DNA from: Octopus sinensis
Lineage: Eukaryota
DNA length: 64,000 nt
Direction of reading: 5' to 3'
Assembly: GCF_006345805.1 (NCBI RefSeq)
Contig: NC_043017.1
Span: 14,384,001-14,448,000, forward strand
The position numbers and the translations under genes are program-made. This document shows positions 53,023-64,000 of the stretch, piece by piece. Each line of letters starts with the position of its first letter. The first letter of the stretch is position 1. The notes under the pieces were generated by a model. That model was not told where the DNA came from and made no database searches. It saw only the letters and a list, made by a program, of their open reading frames with translations.

Positions 53023-53349
53023 AAAAAAGACTCCGCCGGTTACGACGACGAGGGTCCCAGCTGATACGATCAACGGAACAGCTTGCTCGTGAAATTAACG
53101 TGCAAATGGCTAAGCATTCCACAGACACGTGTACCCTGAACGTAGTTCTCGGGGATAATCAGCGTGACACAGAGAGTGACAAGGCTGACCCTTTGAAATA
53201 CAAGTACAACTCATTTTTGCCAGCTGAGTGGACTGGAGCAACGTGAAATAAAGTGTCTTGCTCAAGGACACAACGCGTCGCCGGGAATCGAACTCACAAC
53301 CTTACGATCATGAGCCGAATGCCCTAACCACTAAGCCACACGCCCTCAC
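53023..53349 (-). mobile_element. Young full-length tRNA-derived SINE, family D
   Basis: A box TGGCTTAGTGG, B box GTTCGATTCC, CpGs retained. Perfect 13 bp TSD TGAAGAAAATTAA (53010-53022 and 53350-53362). Confidence 0.9.
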
Positions 53350-53899
53350 TGAAGAAAATTAAGAAGATGAAGATCAACATTTATGACACTTCCCAAGATC
53401 TACGAGTTGAATGGGAGAAAGTTCACCTCTGACCAGAGTGGACTCTGCTAAAACTGCACAAGCATTAAAACATGTAAAAGATTAGCTTTAATACCCAAGA
53501 ACAGAATGGCTCCCCCTGGAAGGTTACCATACAATTTCCATTCCGCAAATACCACTCAAACTTTCAAGTCAGTCCACAGCTCTTGTAGGAGACATTTGAC
53601 ATGGTGCCACACAGTGTGATTGCACCCGAGACTGACCTTCTTAACTATATGCCTACATCCATGATGTACCCCAGGGTAGTGATTATATTTCACCATCATT
53701 AACAGTGACACTATAATTAATTCAATCAACAATGACCTTATAATTAATGTATTTATATTCCATTATCATTAGGACACTTTAATTAATGTAATTATATTTG
53801 GCCATCATTAACACTAACATAATTAATGTATTTAAAGTTAGTAGTGTTACTATAATTAAATTTTACCATCATTATCAGGGACATTGTAATTAGTGGCTG

Positions 53900-54270
53900 T
53901 AATTAAACTCTTGATGAAGAGTTCAGCATCCTCATGAAGTGTGATTTACTGTGATTTGAGTGATTGGGTGAGAAGAGAGTGGAATCAATGCCTCCGGCCA
54001 TCACAGACCCTCCAAGACCAGTGTCACTAATATGGTTAGCATTTTTGTTTAATAACTGCAGAGAAAGAATTCTAGACATTGTGGAGAGGAAGAAGGGCTG
54101 GATGTTGTGGTTAGTGCAAGCTCTAAGAAGAGCGACACAATATGACAGATGAAAGCCAGCAAGGCAGAAGTACCAGAGTGGAGGTTTTAGGAGGTTAGCC
54201 AGCATTGAGATGCAGAGGCCATTCTTGAAGCAGTAGAAAAAGCAGAGAGACAGAACACAACACACCCATG
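53900..54270 (-). mobile_element. Degraded CR1-like LINE 3' end
   Basis: SLCFFYCFKNGLC...HLSYCV...PFF resembles the LINE ORF2 terminus. A similar relic (YKAQ, IQRK) lies at ~60200-60620 minus. Confidence 0.5.
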
Positions 54271-55338
54271 GGTCAGAGAATGGAGTGTAAAGGTGAATGA
54301 CTTCATGTCACACAGTCAAGTAACCTTGGTCTTTCAGATAAATTTGTTCCACATTCACTCCATGGTTATGAAGATTTCCACTAGATTCCCTTGAGTGGTG
54401 AAATGTCTTATGAAATTCTCACAACTGCTTATATACTTGATAACAGAAAACGTTAGGTTTTACAAAAATTCTGTTCTAGTGCCAATGTAGATCAGGCTTA
54501 TTGTGTGACTAGTTCAAGTAGATTTGCTGGTATTAAGGGAGTCTAATCGAGAGTTGGATGAAGCTAGTGTAGGTTTGAGGAGGCAACAATGGGAGCAAAA
54601 GAAAAAGAGCCTGTGTATGAAACAGCAGACATTCCCTCACTGCAACACCAAAACTTATCAATATTAACAAACTCTTGTAATTATTACTAAATTTGTTTAA
54701 ATCATTACAAAATATTTCAGATATCAAAAAATATTAATTTTATTCATATTTTTACATTAGAAAGATTTTTGAAATTAGGATAACTTTATAAAACGTTTGA
54801 GTAAGCGTTTTTCACTGAACCTATGCAGCCATGATGATTCAATGTTGTGAACAGAAAACTGTTTATTTCCAGTGTTAGACTCCAGGGGAGGGAAACAGGT
54901 TGAAGCCTGTTGAAACCTGTCAGAAGTATTTTCTTCTGAACCATCAGATGTAAACACTTTCCACTATTATAAACTGACTCATGGGTTTATTTACACATTT
55001 TATTGCAGTGAAGAAAGGACAGGGGCTGATGGCCCTTTTCCATAGCCTCAATAATGATGGGAGAGAGGATGTTTTGTTAAGACTTGGTCCTAATGATTGA
55101 AATAGACTGGAAACTGTTGAAGACACAACAACAAGGAAGTTGACAGTGTTAATCCAGGTAACACCAGAGTGGATTACTCTACTACAGGTAGCCAACAGCC
55201 AGAAATAGAAATAACCCATCAACAGGCTTCCTCACAGTTTCTGTCAATCAAATTTCACAAAGACAGACTTTCCAATGTCAGAGGAAGCAATATGTCAGCC
55301 ACATAAATAGAAAACAAGAATACATTGAAGTTACAAAC

Positions 55339-55444
55339 GGTGGCACACATTCAGCTGATACTGGTGGCACACAATCAGCTAATACTGGTGGCACACAATC
55401 AGCTAATACTGGTGGCACACATTCAGCAAACACTGGTGGCACAC
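55339..55444. repeat. 24 bp minisatellite, about 4.5 copies
   Basis: GGTGGCACACAATCAGCTAATACT repeated. Confidence 0.9.
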
Positions 55445-56363
55445 CAAGCTACCACTGGAGACAAGTATGTAACAAGACTATTCCTTTCAATTCCAGGCAT
55501 AATCCACCTGACAGGCTTCTACATAGTTTCCATGTATCCATTTTCACTTACAAGGCTTGAGCCAAGCCAAGGCTGGACTAAATGACCCTTGACCAAGGTG
55601 CCATGTGGTGGGACTTTATGATGGCAAACTGATCTTCTTAACCAATGGGTCATGTGTCCATGGTAACAGCATCTGACAGTGACACACACACAAAAGCATC
55701 AAACATAGCCATCGGCCACAAACAAGTTAGACCTGGTGGCAAACGCTGCCTTTGGTTTCCTATGGAGTTGTAAGCAAACAGAGTTGTGCTCTCCGGAGCT
55801 AGATGGCTCTTCTCATTTAGGAGCAATGGGTGAGAATGAATTAGAGGTATCTCCAAGGGGACAGGCAGTGGTGGTAGCTCAGGTAGCAGGATCAGTAGTG
55901 GGTTCAGGAAATGGGGGTTTGTAAGAGGATGTTGGGGAAAGAGATAGGGGAAGTGAGAGAGGGAGGTAGGCAACATCTGTAAGGTTGAGGGAAGCGAGTG
56001 TACAAGTTGGGAAGTTTACAGGGATACTAGCAGTATGGTAACAAGGGGAGGAGAGAGAGAGAGAGAGAGAGGGAGAGATGACATGATTGGATAGGCTGCA
56101 GGGGTGGAGTAGAGAGATAAAACAGGCATAATACATGAGGAGAGACAGTTTGGTGATCTGGAGAAGAGGGCAACCACTGTAGCATGTAGGTGTGGAAAAC
56201 AATATCAATGGATAAAGAAAGGCAAACAAGTGAGAGGGTTTTGGATAAGAGGAGAGAAAAGTTGTATCGGGATGGTGGGGTAGAGGAGCCACAGAGGATA
56301 AGATGGTGTGTGTGTGGGGGGGGGGGGGTGACATGAGGTGGGGGTCGATTGATTGGAGTGCTG

Positions 56364-56394
<31 letters not shown>

Positions 56395-59300
56395 CACATA
56401 TATATGTACATGAAAAAAATATATATATATATGTACACACTGTGAGGTTATCAGTGTTAGGAAGGGCATCTGGCCATAAAAATCATGCCAAAACAGACAG
56501 TGAAACCAGGTGCAGTTTTCTGCCAGGTTTGCTCTTGGCAAACTGTCCAACCCATGCCAGCATGGAAAACGGACATTAAACGATGATGACAGATACACAC
56601 ATGTCCACATGTATGCATATAAATGCAATATATCCCAACATGGTGTATTTAGAAGTCAGGTTCATGTTGATGAGTGGGTTTTCTTAAGAACCTCATCTCA
56701 CCAGAAATCTCAATCCTTTGTCATTTCCTCTGTAAGGCTCAGGGTGCCCAGGTCATCCTTCAACACTTCATTCTATATCTTCCTAGGTCTTCTTGTTCAC
56801 CTATGTTCAGTGATTGGCATGTCTCTATACAGCTGTACTCACCCACATGCACCACATGTCCATATCAAAGCAGTCTGCCTTCTTGCACACTACATCTAAT
56901 TCCTCTTACACTCAGCCTTTCTCACAGCACATTCATTTACACTCACACTGCACATCCAACAAAACATGCTCTCTCCATTTCTTTCCTCTCTCCTCATGTC
57001 CCCTACATTCAATGCCCATGTATCACAACCATGTAGCATTCTATAAACTTTCTTTCATTCTGAGAGAAACTACCTTTCTTGCCTGCAATATGGGGAGAGA
57101 AAGGCTTTGACACAGGTTCCGGTTCCATTCAGCAAATGACACCCTAAGGGACTAGTCACTCCAAATGCTAGGGAACACTTGCTAAAGGTGTCATTCAGTG
57201 CAGTCAAACCCAAATGTTCTTGACTACAAAGTAAACTTCTTAACAACCACCCCTGCTCCCACCCTAGGCCACAAATATTTTAATATATGTAGCCGGATAA
57301 AACAGTTGACCATTTCAGAGAAGAGTGTTAGACCAATTTTAGAGAGGACTTGTGAGGCTAATTTCACAGACAGATAAATTATGAATGAATATGGTGTGTG
57401 TGTGTGTGTGTGAATAAATGTAGACACACACACATATCGCCATCATCATAAGCAGCAGCAGCTTTTAATGCCTGTCTTCTATGTTGGTCTATGGACTGGA
57501 GAATTACATCATGATCCAATGTCTGCTTTGGAATGGTTTCTATGGGTGAATAACCTTTCTAATGCTAACCACTTTACAGTATGTACTGGGTTCTTTTTTT
57601 GTGACACCAACACACACACAAACATGCATATGTATGTATGTGTGTGTGTATATTATATATATATATATATATATATAAAAGTTTCTAGTGTAATATATGA
57701 ATTCATAGAATCATGTGGCTATCGTGTAAGGCTTCTCTATCAGACCTGCCTAGCAGACCACATAGAGTTGAAGCATTGGCATAACCATGATGTTCTAGTG
57801 ATCTGACAAGTTAGTTTTCTTTATCTACACTGATTTGTAAATATACAACTGTATAATGCGTAGAATTCATATTAGTTCAAACATGTAAACATAATTTATT
57901 TTACACTGGAATTATTATTACAGGATGAAAGCTGTGAAACAGCCGTAACCCTAAATATATCCCCCTCTTGTACCACCTGTATTTTTATGGTTTATATATG
58001 TGTGTGTGTGTGTGTGAAGCAAGAGAGAGAGAGAGAGATATACATATATTCATGTATATGTGTGTATACATACATAAATATATTTATACACATATATATA
58101 AACCTATGTACATACATATATAGATATATGGAAGTGATGAGTTTAGAAGAATATATATGTATATGATTGAATATATATGTGTGTGTATTTATACAGAAAG
58201 AGAGAGAGAGAGGGGGGGTTAGAAATAAGTTGTAAATCTTTATCAATCCGTTCATATATTAAGTTGATGTTTAGCATTGAGTGCTGGTGGAATATCACAG
58301 AATATATTCAACCTAGATCAGCTCCACAAGTGGCCGCCATGCAGTTATTGATCTAGTGGCAGCACAAGTCTTCAAATAGCACCACAAATAATCGCAACAA
58401 CAACAACAACACTTTAACCAGAAAAAAATCTAGCAACACAAACCCCATTCCACCCACCGTGTTTTCGTCTCTTTGTAAACCTTCTTTGTTTTATTTCTAC
58501 ATGTTGCAGTCATCATTAGTTTCCACACCAATTTGAAATATCTGCAGATTGGCACACACACATGCATTATGTATATATTGTATGTATATGTGTGTATACA
58601 CACACACTCTAAGTCATGCAATATGGTTGATGTGTATACATGAACACAAATTGATTGACATTTCCTTTTCTGTTGACCTAGGCAAACCATGGCAGGCGTG
58701 TCACGTATTCTAACAATTTCAGAATTTCTATGATGCCATTCCATCAATATGACATTTAAATTTATTAATTACAAACTGGTTTTAATTATTTCCAATGTCG
58801 CTATTTCTGATGATGACAATCTTCAAAATAATTGTATTTTCCTTTTAAATTAAATGAAGGGTCAGAGCCTCTTTATAAATTATAACTCGTGGGTACCTGT
58901 GGAAAATCTACAGGTGTTATTATAGTAAGTCAACTGGACATTACTGTCTCAAGTCTAAAGGCCTCCGAGAAAGTGTCCAGGAATTGAAACTTGCACTTGG
59001 GACTACAATGCCCTCAATGCAAAGCCATGGGCCCCACACAGGGGTTGCAGCAAACAGCATTGAAAAGGTTTAATGCGATAAAATACTTGATCATTTTTAC
59101 CTTTTTATAAATATTAAAATATACAAGCAAATATATATAACAACATACATAAACACACACACATGCACACACATTTATAAAAATATTTGCACAATTTTTC
59201 TACAGGGGCAGACTTCTGTATACTTCTGTTCAGTCTCCAGTCTTCATTGCCACAAAATCCATAGTGAAACTACCGGAGCTCAGTTAACTTAAACAATTTG

Positions 59301-62300
59301 TCAATATTTCCATGGAATTCAGACATAGTGAAACTACCATAACAGTTAATTACTGCTGATGTTCGATATGATAGCAACAGACTGAGGCGAGCGATACAGA
59401 GCTACACTGCTATGAGTATTAGTAGATAAAAGAGTTACTACATCTCACAGAAATAATACTAAGGATGTTAGGGGTCAGAACCCCATTATAATCATAATAC
59501 AATAGTTGGTGGGGGTCACTGCTGCTCACAGGAATATTGTGGCTGTTGGGGCCAGAACCCTTTGATTGTGGCCATTGAAGCAGTATTAAGAAGATTCTTT
59601 TAAGACTCTCAGTCTATGGCCTAAAAGAGTTTAGGTAACATAAGTAGCAGTTTATTAAAATTCCCCCAGCGTATTACAGATAGTTTTCATTTGTCAATCT
59701 GTTATCGATAATCTATAGGACTACATTAGCCAATATATACTTTTACACACATAGAGATTTGTTTCTTCAGTACATCTCTGGGTATTAAAATTTAATATTT
59801 TACATGTCAATGGTGTGATGAAATTCAGACTCAAAATGTATGCAACTGTAACCCAGTAGCACCAGACCTTTTTGTCCGATGCTCAACTGCTTCTGCCAAC
59901 TCACTGCTTTTCATTACACACGCAGCAGCTGTTTTTGGTAATAGTTGATCACAATATAACAGTGCACATAACTATACATACATAGAACTATGTAACAGTG
60001 TATATACCTATATACCAGTGTATATATAATTATTGAAGAGTGTGTATAATTATATAATAGGGAACATAACTTTGTAATTATGTATATAACTATAAACCTT
60101 TAAAATTTAGTTGGAGTTGCTGTCTGGTAAACTCTTACACAACAACAATTCTATAAAACGTTAGAGTTCTCTGTTGTTCTTTTGTTATTCAATTGAATTG
60201 GTGTGGAAGGAGAGGCAGAGTGCAGGGCCTCCACACAGATGAGAGGGGTGATGGTCCTTTTTTACATTAACAATTTGACAAGAGGAGATACAAGTAAATA
60301 TGGAGGGCTTGATTGAACAGTCACACAAGAACAACCAGATCCAAGGGCGAAAGGGGCCGGAGGTGATGTTGTAGTGGGAAAAGAGAGGAAAAAGATACAG
60401 CGAGGCTGCGCGTCAGAGGCTGGTGTTAGTTTGCAACAGATTTGAAATTAGGTGATCTTTCTCTGGATGTAGTTTAAGGTATCTACAGATGGAGTAGCTT
60501 AGTATCTCAACTGTGGGGGTCAGGACCTTATTGGAAACTACCTCTGAGCTTTGTAATGGGCTAATATCGTTGCAGAGAAAGGCCAGCAGCAGGTCGTGTC
60601 AAGGATATGTGCTAGCCAGATAAATTAAACAGATTTATGAGTAAATAACAAATAACAAGCATTCTAATAGTTGATGTTTTGTTTATACATCATGTCAAGT
60701 GTTTGGGTAGACTTAGTAGAGTGTCTTGGTACAACATCAAAGTGTTTATAGACAAGTATTTTACAGCAGGCACCAATACATATACACTCACAAACAAGTG
60801 TGTGTGTATATATATATATATATAAAACACAACAAAAGGAAATACATCAATATATTTTCTAATTAAAGAGAATATAATTAGCACTCCCGTAAGCAGCTTA
60901 AAACTTATTGACTATGTTACAGTGGCCAACTGTTTGTTCTAAATATGTCATTGTATTCAGCCCGATCTGTTTAGCATGCAGCTAATCTTGATTATATTTA
61001 TACAGTTAATAGTAGTTGGTGTAGGAATATATACACACACATAGAGATTTGTTTCTTCAGTACATCTCTGGGTATTAAAATTTAATATTTTACATGCCAA
61101 TAGTGTGATGAAATTCATCCAGTCTCTTTTGTAAAGTGAGTGGAGAGAGAGAGAGAGAGAGAGAGAAAGGGTTTCCAGCCCCAGAGACCATGCAGAAAAG
61201 GTGGAAAGAGGAATTAAACAAATAGTATAAGAAGCCATATTGCAGGTTACCTGCCAGGAAGTTTGTATAACACCTGGTACAGGTAGCATTGAGTGTTTAA
61301 TCAGACAACAGACAATCCCTTTGGTGCAGGTGATACAAAGAAACTGTACCCAGTCCACAGTTGAAGACATCACTGCAACAAATATGGCCGGTTTTGTCTG
61401 TTGTTGTGAATGAAAGAGAATGTGGAACATGATAAGATGTTTTGGTAGATTATTCCTGATTTTGAATTCAGGAAATTGAGATTTGAAGAGGCTACAAATT
61501 TAAAGCAATTTATCTAGTTTTCCAACTTCTTTATCATTTACAAATATTTAGCAATGTTCAAGACAGGCTAAGATCACACTCACACACACACACACACACA
61601 CACAGAGAAATATACAACTATATTGAAACAACTTCTTGTTTAAACAATTTTAAGTGTAGAGAGAAACTGTGTGGGACTTTACAATATATTTTGGTTTTTA
61701 ACATCTATGGAGATGCTGAAGCAAAAAGTCCATCTTAGAAAGAACTCGACAGATGTAGAACTAAATATTTTTTTTATAAGCATACATTTTATGTGTATAT
61801 ACATGTACATGAGTGTACATACATGTGGTATATACACTCATATACCACTACCACATATAACAGAGATGAGAGTGTGTACACACACACATGCATATAATGT
61901 TATGTGGTCTGGATTCGTCTCTGTGTTTAGGTATAGCAGTGTACCCACTAAAACCAAATGATGACCTTAAGAGAAACATCACAGACGAAAAAGCACAAAG
62001 TGATTGCAGAAGTGTGTGCTTTATTGATATCGGAACTGTGTTTGATTTGATAGAGAGACAGAGGAAGTGGTTGATGAAAATATTTAAAATCTCACCCAAC
62101 CTGCCTCATGAACAAGAAGAGCCAAAGAGGCAATACAGAACCGTAGCAGTGAAGAGTTTAACATCTTGGCAGGCATAGTTTGTCACTGCTCTGGACTAGG
62201 CATTTAGACGACATGTCATCAATAACTAGGCTTCACTGTTATATCTAAGAGGTCCAGGTGACTCCTTGCTGTGGTCCTAAAAGACTCCGCAGGGAACATC

Positions 62301-63466
62301 AATCTGGTGGCTTATTGTACATGGCAAACACAGGAACTATTGAATAGAGTGAAGATATAGTGGGCCAAGGTTGGTTTTTGATTAAATGTCATGAAAACCA
62401 AGATCATAAAAAACAAAGGCTATGCAAGCATATGGCACCCTCAAAGACCATCCATCTCTAATAACAAGTAGTGTCACCCTGTGAGAAGTCAACTAAGCTT
62501 GGGTCCATGGCTCACTCTGATGTCAGAATAAAGGAGTTCGTTCCCTTGAAAGGCAAAGCCAGTGAGTTGAACCCTCCAGCATATCTAACTCAGTTTCTTT
62601 TGTGTCACTGTTAAGTCCTCTATCTGAAGCCTACCTTGCAGAAGTCTCAATGAGTCCATTGGTAGTGGCCATCACTATAGACTGGAGCTAATAGTTACAC
62701 AGGAACTGAGTTATTGATATTATCTCAATATTTGACAGATTGTAAGGAAGAACTTGCAAAGCAAACATTGTTTGGTGCCAGGAATAGTCAAGAGCAAAAC
62801 GACCATGTGGTAATTAGAGATTTTAATGATGGCAAGGATGAAAATAAATGATTTCACATTTAATTGGATGTTGACTAAAATAACAAAAGGAATTAATTTA
62901 TATTTTTTTGAATATGAAAATGACAATCTCTAAAATGGACCCGTATGTGTGTGTGTGTGTGCATGTGTATGCATGCATGCGTGTGTGTAGGCTGTGAATT
63001 GACCGACTTGCCAGAGCATCAAATAGACTGTCTTATGATGATATTTGTTGCAGCTGTGGTCCTGATGATCACAGGGACACCCACCTTCCCATCCAATCCC
63101 TCGCCAAATTGACCAGTATGGACAGGCCAAAAGTCTACAACCAACAGAAGAGAACAATGTTACATTGAAGTTCCGTCCAGCTGTGGATCAACAACATCAC
63201 AAATAAAATGGAAATTAGGGACATCGAATTTGTTTAGATAGATTTATGTGTAACTATATACATACACGGATATACATATATCCGAGCTATATATATCTAT
63301 ATATATATACACACATGTCAATATATGTATAGACATGAGGATATGTAGATGTGTACATGAAAATACAGTCATAGATGTATAGATGCGCATGTGTAGCCAC
63401 ATATATATGTATATAGTTATGTGCATGGGTAGCTATGTAAGTATATACATACATGCATATATATAT

Positions 63467-63573
63467 AACAATTGCAGCATGGAAGGTGTTTGTAAGCCAT
63501 TTAAGAAACACACAAAAGCCGCTTTTGTGTGTTTCTTAAATGGCTTACAAACACCTTCCACGTTGCAATTGTT
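63467..63573. repeat. Near-perfect palindrome, 53 bp arms, 1 nt spacer
   Basis: AACAATTGCAGCATGGAAGG...CAAAAGC c GCTTTTG...CCTTCCACGTTGCAATTGTT, 2 mismatches. Confidence 0.95.
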
Positions 63574-63629
63574 TTCGTTCCAGCACACGATCTCAGATCA
63601 AATCACTTGCTATGCAAGTACATCTCCAT

Positions 63630-63686
<57 letters not shown>

Positions 63687-63716
63687 GTATATATATGTAT
63701 ATATATGTATATATAT

Positions 63717-64000
63717 GGTGAAGGCACATGGCTCAGTGGTTAGAGCATTGAGCTTAAGATTGTGAGGTTGTGAGTTTGAATCCCGGACTGGGCTATGTGT
63801 TGTGTTCTTGAGCAAGACACTTTATTTCACGTGGCTCCAGTTCACTCAGCTGTAGAAATGAGTTGTGACGTCACAAGTGCCAAGCTGTATCGGCCCCTTT
63901 GCCTTTCCCTTGGATAACATTGGTGGTGTAGAGAGGGGAGGCCAGTATGCATGGGCGACTGCTGGTCTTCCATAAACATCCTTGCCCGGACTTGTGCCTG
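63717..64000 (+). mobile_element. tRNA-derived SINE sharing head and core with family D, different body; runs off the window
   Basis: TGGCTCAGTGGTTAG, GAGTTTGAATCC, TTGAGCAAGACACTTTATTTCACG. Confidence 0.8.

Noticed and set aside
53270-53349. tRNA gene-like A/B boxes (also 63717-63790)
   Set aside because: They continue into SINE bodies, with a TSD at 53010/53350; SINE heads, not tRNA genes.
55339-55444. Regular repeats resembling a CRISPR array
   Set aside because: Eukaryotic intron, near-identical intervening sequence, no cas genes: a minisatellite.
60601-60608. ATATCCTT on the minus strand (also 52384-52391) as the U12 donor
   Set aside because: The preceding sequence does not encode the Cav N-terminal ...EW(G/P) peptide, and both sites lie in repeat-like DNA.
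61888-62178. 96 aa ORF as a nested plus-strand gene
   Set aside because: No recognisable domain or supporting exon chain.

Overview
AT-rich, microsatellite-dense animal genomic DNA, probably a coleoid cephalopod (octopus-type SINE/LINE families; inference). The only host gene I can support is a minus-strand Cav2 (N/P/Q-type) voltage-gated calcium channel alpha-1 subunit. Nine exons at 29635-932 splice into one open frame covering domain I S1-S6, the pore glutamate (TMEGW), the AID ([18 protein letters not shown]) and part of the I-II linker. The most 5' exon present has a U12-type acceptor (TTTCCTTAAC branch site, AC terminus). Its donor was not found, so that minor intron may exceed 34 kb. 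The introns hold RTE, CR1-like and Tx1/L1-like LINE fragments, a Merlin/ISXO2-type transposase relic and many tRNA-derived SINEs. Most notable: an ORF1-only 2 kb retroelement inserted with a TSD into a SINE's tRNA head, an RTE copy with twin-priming geometry, decayed Penelope-type hammerhead motifs, and several long fold-back hairpins. Most ORF-track entries are microsatellite artefacts. Exon numbers follow vertebrate CACNA1 convention and are approximate.
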